Positions 51,847-58,833 of a DNA stretch of 64,000 bases are shown one piece after another. Location of the stretch: assembly GCA_007376185.1 (NCBI GenBank), contig VMFS01000007.1, forward strand, positions 1,390-65,389, in the 5' to 3' direction. The notes below the pieces were generated by a model that saw only the letters and a list, made by a program, of their open reading frames with translations, was not told where the DNA came from and ran no database searches. The DNA comes from Parcubacteria group bacterium Gr01-1014_30. GTDB taxonomy: Bacteria; Patescibacteriota; Minisyncoccia; Minisyncoccales; 2-12-FULL-40-12. Within the stretch, counting starts at the first letter, position 1, and every line of letters starts with the position of its first letter. The position numbers and the translations under genes are program-made.

Positions 51847-53546
51847 GCTCTGAAATCAAACTCTGCCAGAATTGTAAGAACGAGTTCACGATTGCACTGG
51901 AGGACTTTAACTTTTACGAGAAAATCAAGGTCCCGCCGCCTACCTTTTGTCCGAAATGCCGTTTTCAAAGACGGCTAGCGTTTTTCAACATTTTTAACCT
52001 TTATCAGCGAAAATGCGATTTTTGTAAAAACGAGATGATTTCAATATTTCCTGCCAACTCTCCTTATAAAATTTTTTGTCAAAAATGTTGGTGGTCTGAT
52101 AAATGGAGTTCTTTAGATTACGGTCGCGAGTACGATTTCTCGCAGCCGTTTTTTAAACAATTTAATGAGCTCTTACACGAGGTACCACTTATTGGTTTGG
52201 CGAATGACGCCACGAACGTAAATTCGCCATACAATAATATGTCCGGCCATCTCAAAAATTGTTATCTACTTTTCCATGCCGATTTTTCAGAGAATTCGGC
52301 TTACGGATTTCATATTAATCGCATGAATGATTGCCTGGACTCGTCAATTATGACTTCCTGTGAGTTATGTTACGACTCAATGCACGCTTATAAGTGTAGC
52401 CGTTGCGTAGGTTCAAGAAGTCAAGTTGTTAACTCTGTAGATTGTGCGTTTTTAAGAGACTCTTTTAATTGCCAGAGTTGTTTTGCTTCTGCAAATCTCC
52501 GGAATAAAAAATATTATATTTTCAACAAACCTCACAAAAAAGAAGATTATCTTGAAGAGATTAAAAAGTGGAACTTGGGTTCTTATAAAACTTATAAGGA
52601 AATTCAAAGATTGGCGGAAGAACATTGGAAAAAGTTTCCACCTAAACCTAATCAAGATGATTTTTCCGTAAACTCGATTGGAAGTTATGTGAACCAGGCT
52701 AAAAACTGTAAGCAGTGTTTTGAAGTTGTTGGGGCAGAAGATTCAAAATACCTCTTGATGTTATACGTCCCTCCGATTAAAGACTGTTATGATGTTTCGA
52801 GTTGGGGTAATAATATTTCTTTGTTTTATGAATGTTGCAATTGCGGAGAAAATTCATCCAGTCTGCGCTTTAGTTACGGTTCTGGGATAGATCTTTACGA
52901 CGCTGATTACTGTTACCAATCGCTCGGAGGCTCCAATCAATTTGGTTGCGTTTCAACGAGGAAGGGTGAGTATATGATTTTCAACAAACGCTATTCTAAA
53001 GAGGATTATGAGAAGTTAAGAGAAAAAATTATCGCTCATATGCAAGAAATGCCTTATACAGACAAGAAAGGCAGGGTGTATAAATACGGCGAGTTTTTTC
53101 CGCCGGAATTATCTCCTTTTGCTTACAACGAAACGCTGGCGCAAAACTTTTTTACCCTGAGCGAAGCCGAAGCTGAGTCGAAGGGTTTCCGCTGGCGAGA
53201 GCTGGAGAAAAAAGAATATCAGATTACTATGAAGGCCGCGGACTTGCCAGACCATATAAAGGATATCGGAGACGATATTTTGAAAGAGGTTATTTCCTGC
53301 CAAAAATGCGGCAGGGGTTACAAAATTATTCAAATGGAGCTTGATTTCTTGCGCAAAATGAATCTGCCTTTGTCGCGGGAGTGTCCTTTTTGCCGCATCA
53401 ACGATAAACTGGAGCTGTGGGTCAAAAACCTGCGGGTTTTTGACCGAGTTTGTTCAAAATGCGGCGCCCGTTTCCAAACGCACTATCCAAAAGAAGAGGT
53501 CTCGTATATTCTCTGCAAAAAGTGCTGGCTGGCAGAGTTTGTTTAG
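51843..53546 (+). CDS. cysteine-rich multi-zinc-ribbon protein, paralog 3 (divergent C-terminus)
   Basis: 567 aa. CQNCKNEFTIALEDFNFYEKIKVPPPTFCPKCR. Ends ...YILCKKCWLAEFV. The start overlaps the ATPase stop (ATGA). Confidence 0.8.
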   Translation: MSSEIKLCQNCKNEFTIALEDFNFYEKIKVPPPTFCPKCRFQRRLAFFNIFNLYQRKCDFCKNEMISIFPANSPYKIFCQKCWWSDKWSSLDYGREYDFSQPFFKQFNELLHEVPLIGLANDATNVNSPYNNMSGHLKNCYLLFHADFSENSAYGFHINRMNDCLDSSIMTSCELCYDSMHAYKCSRCVGSRSQVVNSVDCAFLRDSFNCQSCFASANLRNKKYYIFNKPHKKEDYLEEIKKWNLGSYKTYKEIQRLAEEHWKKFPPKPNQDDFSVNSIGSYVNQAKNCKQCFEVVGAEDSKYLLMLYVPPIKDCYDVSSWGNNISLFYECCNCGENSSSLRFSYGSGIDLYDADYCYQSLGGSNQFGCVSTRKGEYMIFNKRYSKEDYEKLREKIIAHMQEMPYTDKKGRVYKYGEFFPPELSPFAYNETLAQNFFTLSEAEAESKGFRWRELEKKEYQITMKAADLPDHIKDIGDDILKEVISCQKCGRGYKIIQMELDFLRKMNLPLSRECPFCRINDKLELWVKNLRVFDRVCSKCGARFQTHYPKEEVSYILCKKCWLAEFV

Positions 53547-53567
53547 TCGCTGTGGTATAATGAAGTA

Positions 53568-53776
53568 GCAGGAATGAAGAGAAAGGTCGAGTTAGTCAAT
53601 ATAACACCAAAATACCCCACTTCGGAAGGGGGTCGGGGAAACCCACAGGTTTCCCCGTATAGGAAAACAGGCTTTCGCCGGAGGCGAAAACGCCAGAAAC
53701 CGAGGGTTTCTGGAGAGCGAGCCCGAGCGTAGCGAAGTGAGCGAGGGCGAGCGACCTAATTTGGTGTTACCACAAG
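53568..53776 (+). ncRNA. candidate structured 5' leader RNA, copy 2
   Basis: Preceded by the extended -10 tggtataat (53553-53561). Shares ccccacNtcggaagggggtcggggaaacc-NNNN-ggtttccccgtNtaggaaaacagg and agaaaccgagggtttct...gagcgagcccgagcgtagcgaagNgagcgagggcgagcgacct with 12845-13029. Confidence 0.5.
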
Positions 53777-54082
53777 ATGATTTTTCTTTACGTATTTTGT
53801 AAAGACGTCAACGAGGCCAAAACAATCGGAACTTTGTTGGTAACACAGAGGATTGCCGGCAAAGTGGATATAATACCAGTTCAATCAATTTTTCGAGAAA
53901 GAGAAGGGATTCAAGAGCGAGAAGGAGCGGCAATGATTGTAAAGACCATTGATAAGAAAATTCAAGACGTAGAAGATGTTGTTCGGCAGCATCAGCTTAA
54001 CAGGACTTCCTGCATTGCGTCTTTTGCGCTTTATCGCTTGAACCGCGAATTCAAAGAGTGGCTGGTGGCTTCCACCGCCTAA
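53777..54082 (+). CDS. cutA: CutA1-like divalent-cation-tolerance protein (putative)
   Basis: 101 aa. AKTIGTLLVTQRIAGKVDIIPVQSIF...MIVKT...REFKEWL matches the CutA pattern loosely. Confidence 0.5.
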   Translation: MIFLYVFCKDVNEAKTIGTLLVTQRIAGKVDIIPVQSIFREREGIQEREGAAMIVKTIDKKIQDVEDVVRQHQLNRTSCIASFALYRLNREFKEWLVASTA

Positions 54083-54175
54083 CGTTTCTATGTCGTTAGA
54101 AATTGTTTATTGCGAGGCCTGTTATAACGCGGAGGTTGTTTGACTTCGGCATTATATTTTGGTAATATTTAGTAT

Positions 54176-54379
54176 ATGGCAAACAACAAGAAACAATTTG
54201 TCCATTACGACCCTGAAGCCGATGCGGTATCTATTTATATCGGCAAGGGGCGTGAAGAAGAGTTTATTGAGGTTGTTCCCAATGTTTCGCTTGAAATGGA
54301 CAAAAAAGGTGCAGTAATAGGGGTTGAGATATTAAATGCCTCAAAGGTGTTGCGGCCTTTTTTGCGCTCTTTCGGTTAA
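54176..54379 (+). CDS. DUF2283-like small protein
   Basis: YDPEADAVSIYIGKG...DKKGAVIGVEILNASK. Confidence 0.55.
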   Translation: MANNKKQFVHYDPEADAVSIYIGKGREEEFIEVVPNVSLEMDKKGAVIGVEILNASKVLRPFLRSFG

Positions 54380-54390
54380 AAATAAGATAT

Positions 54391-54591
54391 ATGGCGACAA
54401 TCACTTTACCTAAAACTGAATATGAAATCCTTGAGAGAAAAGCCGAACTTTATTCTCAACTTTTAGAAAAAGAAGAGAAAAGTTTTCCTGTTGAGATTTA
54501 CTCCCTACAAAGGATAAGGGAGTTTTTAAAGGGAGACAATTTGAGCATTAAGGATAAGAATAAAGTTAAAAGGATTCTCAAAAACAGGTGA
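54391..54591 (+). CDS. putative antitoxin
   Basis: 66-aa ORF whose stop overlaps the PIN start (4-nt overlap). Confidence 0.4.
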   Translation: MATITLPKTEYEILERKAELYSQLLEKEEKSFPVEIYSLQRIREFLKGDNLSIKDKNKVKRILKNR

Positions 54592-55022
54592 GATTACATC
54601 GCCTCTTTTTAGACGCTAATGTTTTCTTCGCCGCGGTAAAGTCGCAAAAAGGAGGCTCGCGGCTGATTTTAGATTTGGCCCAGCATGGAAAAATGAAAAT
54701 TGTAACAGTCAGGCACGCCCTGCGCGAGGCGGAAAGGAACATTGAGGATAAACTTGGCGAAAAGTATCTTTTGGAATATTATCGGATTATTAAAGAAAGC
54801 CGCGTTTCCGTTCAAGCCGTTGACAAGCTGAGTGAGGGAGCAATTTTAGAGTTAAAGAAAGTTATCGTGGAAAAAGATATTCCTATTATTGTCGGTGCGT
54901 TCCAGTCAGGATGTGAGTTTTTGATAACTCTGGACAGAAAACATCTGTTGGACAACGAAAGTTTAAGAAATTTTCCGTTCAAAGTGTTGACGCCAGGAGA
55001 ATTTATCCAAACTTATCTTTGA
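54588..55022 (+). CDS. PIN-domain toxin
   Basis: LFLDANVFFAAV, DIPIIVGAF, LITLDRKHL. Shares GGS+ and LTPGEFI motifs with the PIN at 17060. Its stop lies 1 nt before the paralog 4 ATG. Confidence 0.7.
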   Translation: MRLHRLFLDANVFFAAVKSQKGGSRLILDLAQHGKMKIVTVRHALREAERNIEDKLGEKYLLEYYRIIKESRVSVQAVDKLSEGAILELKKVIVEKDIPIIVGAFQSGCEFLITLDRKHLLDNESLRNFPFKVLTPGEFIQTYL

Positions 55023-55023
55023 T

Positions 55024-56856
55024 ATGAGAGAAACAAGAAACTGCCAAAATTGCAAACAAAACTTCGTTATAGAAGCCGAGGACTTTACTTTCTACGAAAA
55101 AATCAAGGTGCCGCCGCCGACGTGGTGCCCGGAGTGCCGGTTTAAGCGCAGAATGAGCTGGCGGAATGCTTGGCATTTGTTCAAGAAAACCGACGCTCTG
55201 ACAGGAGAAAAGATATTTTCTTTGTTTCCCGAAGAAAGTCCTATAAAAATTTACGAGCGCGATTATTGGTGGTCTGATAAATGGAACGCTGAGCAATACG
55301 GTCGTGATTTTGATTTTAGGAGAACTTTTTTTGAACAGTTTAGGGATTTGATGCATGAAGTTCCTTTTCCTGCGCACTCCGTGATAGATCTTTCAAATTG
55401 CCAGTATTGCACAAACGCGAATAACATGAAAAACTGTTATCTTGTCCGCGCCGCCGCTAACACGGAGGATTCAGCTTATCTCATATGGGATAACGGTTCA
55501 AAACGATGCATGGACAGTCATATGACCGAGCAATGCGAGATGAGTTACGGTAATGTAAATGCGACGCGGTGCTTCAAGACGCTTTTTTGCTCTGACTGCG
55601 AGGACTGCGTAGAGACAATACTTTGTAAAGATTGCGTAGGTTGCTCAAATTGTTTTGGCTGCGTTGGTTTGCGAAACAAATCCTATCATTTTTTCAACGA
55701 GCGGTTGTCAAAAGAGGATTACGTCAGAAAACTTACAGAGCTAAATCTTGGCTCTGCGCAATCATTCAGCAAAGCAGAAATAAGGGCACGCGATTTTTGG
55801 CTTAAGTTCCCTAGAAAGTACCTTCACGGCAGGCAAAATGTTGATGTTAGCGGTGACTACATATACGAATCAAAAAACGCCAAGCAGTGTTATCGCGTTT
55901 TTCGGTGCGAGGACGTCAAGTTCTGCCAGAACATTCTGGATGGGCCAGTCAAGGACTGTTATGACTACTCCAACTGGGGCGACAACAACGAGCTGCTGTA
56001 CGAATGCCTTATATGCGGAAAAGGAAGTTCAAGAGTTAAATTTTGCGCTCAATGCTATTTGAACGATCGAGATTTGGAATACTGCATTTTCTGCCATGAT
56101 TCGTCAGATCTTTTCGGCTGCGTTGGTTTGCGAAACAAGCAGTATTGTATTTTAAACAAACAATATAGCAAAAATGATTATAGAGAGTTGGTATCAAAAA
56201 TCAAAAAACACATGACCGATTTGCCTTACCGCGACCGCGCTGGAAATGTGTTCGCTTATGGGGAATTTTTCCCACCCGAATTATCGCCGTTTCCTTATCA
56301 AGTGACCGAGGCCTACGAGCCTTTTCCGATGACTAATGAAGATGCAGCACAAAGAGGATTCAGTGCTTACGATGTCAAAAGAGAGGAGCATAATTTCACA
56401 CTGCCGGCCGCAGACATACCAGACCACATTCGCGAAGCTCAAGATACAATCACCGATGGAGTTATCGGCTGCCAGCATGATGGGAAATGCGCTCAAGAGT
56501 GTACAAAAGCATTTCGCATCATCAAAGAAGAGTTGGAGTTCTGCAGACGGCTTAGCATACCTCTGCCCCGCCTCTGCCCCAATTGTCGGCATTATGAGCG
56601 TTTGGCTTTCAGGAATTCTCCGAGGTTCTTCAACCGCGTGTGCGGCTGCGCCGGTAAAGAATCCCAAAACGGCGTATATCAGAACACCGCTTCGCACTTC
56701 CACGGACAAGAACCCTGCCCCAACGAGTTTCAAACGAGTTATGCTCCACAGCGTCCGGAAATAGTATATTGTGAACGATGCTACCAGGCCGAGCCGAGGT
56801 TGCGTAAAAAATGTAGGATGAAATATGGCTCCGCAAGTAAGAATTCGCAGATTTAA
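55024..56856 (+). CDS. cysteine-rich multi-zinc-ribbon protein, paralog 4 (C-terminal end replaced)
   Basis: 610 aa. CQNCKQNFVIEAEDFTFYEKIKVPPPTWCPECR. The C-terminus ...RPEIVYCERCYQAE then runs on as PRLRKKCRMKYGSASKNSQI instead of ending with VV-stop. Confidence 0.8.
   Translation: MRETRNCQNCKQNFVIEAEDFTFYEKIKVPPPTWCPECRFKRRMSWRNAWHLFKKTDALTGEKIFSLFPEESPIKIYERDYWWSDKWNAEQYGRDFDFRRTFFEQFRDLMHEVPFPAHSVIDLSNCQYCTNANNMKNCYLVRAAANTEDSAYLIWDNGSKRCMDSHMTEQCEMSYGNVNATRCFKTLFCSDCEDCVETILCKDCVGCSNCFGCVGLRNKSYHFFNERLSKEDYVRKLTELNLGSAQSFSKAEIRARDFWLKFPRKYLHGRQNVDVSGDYIYESKNAKQCYRVFRCEDVKFCQNILDGPVKDCYDYSNWGDNNELLYECLICGKGSSRVKFCAQCYLNDRDLEYCIFCHDSSDLFGCVGLRNKQYCILNKQYSKNDYRELVSKIKKHMTDLPYRDRAGNVFAYGEFFPPELSPFPYQVTEAYEPFPMTNEDAAQRGFSAYDVKREEHNFTLPAADIPDHIREAQDTITDGVIGCQHDGKCAQECTKAFRIIKEELEFCRRLSIPLPRLCPNCRHYERLAFRNSPRFFNRVCGCAGKESQNGVYQNTASHFHGQEPCPNEFQTSYAPQRPEIVYCERCYQAEPRLRKKCRMKYGSASKNSQI
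56694..56792 (+). repeat. 99-nt block identical to 29965-30063
   Basis: Same sequence as at 29965-30063. Identity ends at the CYQA codons, exactly where both loci show rearrangement junctions. Confidence 0.85.
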
Positions 56857-58300
56857 GCTGGCGGCTCCGCCGCCAGAACTGCCGATTTGGGGTAAGCTTC
56901 ATCCCGAAGAGTGCTCTTTTATCGGTCGCACCAACTACGAGGCGGCCCTTGAAGAGAAAAAGTTTATTTTCGGCATAAAAAGAGTGGACAGGCGCCGCCA
57001 CGTTTACATCGTAGGCAAGAGCGGAGTTGGCAAGTCAAAACTGCTTGAACTTTTTTTGCGGCAAGACATCGCTTACGGCCACGGCATTTGTTTTATAGAC
57101 CCTCACGGCGACGTCATTGAGGAGATTTTGCATTTTATTCCCGAAGAACGCATCAACGACGTGGTTTTGATTGACCCTTCAGACGCCAGCTACCCCATTT
57201 CCTTCAACCCTCTGGCAAACATTGATCCTGGTTTCAAGCACCAATTAACGCAAGGCTTGATTGAGGTTATGGAAAAGCAGTTTGGCGCAAACTGGACACC
57301 CCGTTTGGAGCACGTTTTCCGTTTCACTTGTTTGGCTCTTTTGGATTACCCGCACGGCACAATGCGGGGAATGATTTCAATGCTTACAGACCGCAACTAC
57401 CGCCAGCTGGTGGTTGACTACATTGAAGACGACATGGTCAAGCGTTTCTGGGCTATTGAGTTTGCCGACTGGTCGGAAAAATACGACACAGAAGCCATAA
57501 TACCCTTGGTCAACAAACTGGCGCAGTTTTTATCCGACCCGATGCTCCGCAGTATTTTCGGCCAAAAAGAAAACAAGGTTGACTTGGAGGAGTTGATGAA
57601 CGGCGGAAAAATTATTTTAATCAACCTTTCCAAGGGCAAACTGGGCGAGGAAAACTCAAGTTTTTTCGGCTCAATGTTTATAACCAAAATAAAGCAGGCG
57701 GGTATGGCAAGGGCGGCTCTGCCGGAAGCGGAAAGAACTGATTTTTACCTGTATGTTGACGAGTTTCACAACTTGGTTACTGAAACCTTTGAAAACCTTT
57801 TGTCAGAGGCCAGAAAATACGGGCTTTGCTTAACCATTGCCCACCAGTATATGGGCCAGCTTATTCCAAGGGTTCAGCAGGCGGTTCTTGGAAACACGGG
57901 CACGACCGTTGTTTTCAGAGTCGGCGGAGAAGACGCGGTCAAGCTGGAGCCGGAGTTAGCTCCCGTGTTCGGCATCAAAGATATGGTTAACCTCGGGGTG
58001 CAGAATTTTTACATAAAAGAAACTATTGACGGCGAGGCATACGACCCTTTTTCCGCAGAAACCCTAAAAGTTCTGCCTCCGGCCCACACCTCTTTTAAGG
58101 AACGAATAGTCAAGCAGTCGCGCGAAAAGTACACCATTTCCGTGGAGGCGGCCAAAAAACTGATGGAAGAAGAAGAGTCAAAAATTATGAGAAGCGCGCA
58201 AGAAAAAGCAATAATTGAAGGCGGAAAGAAGGGCAAGGCAGCGGCAGGGGGCTCGGAGGCCGAAGCCAAGGAAGAAAAGGGAGCTGAACCGCTGATATAG
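56825..58300 (+). CDS. TraD/HerA-like P-loop ATPase, second copy (no zinc ribbon, no membrane partner)
   Basis: Walker A GKSGVGKS, Walker B LYVDEFHNL, RKYGLCLTIAHQYMGQL. The first ~20 codons (FKLAAPPPELPIW) resemble the C-terminus of the 449-aa membrane protein (AKKAGPPQDLPTE). Overlaps paralog 4 by 32 nt. Confidence 0.7.
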   Translation: MAPQVRIRRFKLAAPPPELPIWGKLHPEECSFIGRTNYEAALEEKKFIFGIKRVDRRRHVYIVGKSGVGKSKLLELFLRQDIAYGHGICFIDPHGDVIEEILHFIPEERINDVVLIDPSDASYPISFNPLANIDPGFKHQLTQGLIEVMEKQFGANWTPRLEHVFRFTCLALLDYPHGTMRGMISMLTDRNYRQLVVDYIEDDMVKRFWAIEFADWSEKYDTEAIIPLVNKLAQFLSDPMLRSIFGQKENKVDLEELMNGGKIILINLSKGKLGEENSSFFGSMFITKIKQAGMARAALPEAERTDFYLYVDEFHNLVTETFENLLSEARKYGLCLTIAHQYMGQLIPRVQQAVLGNTGTTVVFRVGGEDAVKLEPELAPVFGIKDMVNLGVQNFYIKETIDGEAYDPFSAETLKVLPPAHTSFKERIVKQSREKYTISVEAAKKLMEEEESKIMRSAQEKAIIEGGKKGKAAAGGSEAEAKEEKGAEPLI

Positions 58301-58334
58301 TTGCATAGCAGTTATTATTTTGCTATACTAAAAT

Positions 58335-58559
58335 ATGACTACTCAAATGCTTATCAGAAAAATAAATAGGGAAGTATCAACGCTGCGACGGGATATGGCG
58401 ATGATAAAAATGATGCTCACCTCCACCCCACGCGATCCGGAAGGAGAATACCGGCCAGCTTTCGTAAATAAAATGCTAAAACGCATGGCGTTCAAAAGGC
58501 CTGTTTATCGTTTTACGAGCAAAAAGGAATTCCTTCGTCATGTCAGGTCAGCCAAATGA
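58335..58559 (+). CDS. putative antitoxin (MTTQ-type)
   Basis: MTTQMLIRKINREVSTLRRDM. Preceded by ttttgctatact. Overlaps the RelE-like gene by 20 nt. Confidence 0.4.
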   Translation: MTTQMLIRKINREVSTLRRDMAMIKMMLTSTPRDPEGEYRPAFVNKMLKRMAFKRPVYRFTSKKEFLRHVRSAK

Positions 58560-58833
58560 GATAACTTACGACGACGATTTCTGGAAAGACGCCAAATACT
58601 TGCCTAAAAAGGCGCAAGATAAACTCGGTTTTCTTATAGAGCTTATGAGAAAGGACGCTTTTGACCCTCGTCTTCACACCAAGCGTTTAGGGGTTCCGCT
58701 CCAGGACGCTTTTTCGTTTAGAATAACTCGCGATTACCGGGTTGGTTTTATATTCCTCGCGCCGCGCGTTATTAAACTGCTCGCAGTTGACAGCAGAGAT
58801 AAAATCTACAAGCGTTTGTCAAGAAAAATATGA
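58540..58833 (+). CDS. RelE/ParE-family toxin
   Basis: FDPRLHTKRLGVPLQDAFSFRITRDYRVGFIF...IKLLAVDSRDKIYK. The stop overlaps the paralog 5 start (ATGA). Confidence 0.6.
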   Translation: MSGQPNEITYDDDFWKDAKYLPKKAQDKLGFLIELMRKDAFDPRLHTKRLGVPLQDAFSFRITRDYRVGFIFLAPRVIKLLAVDSRDKIYKRLSRKI

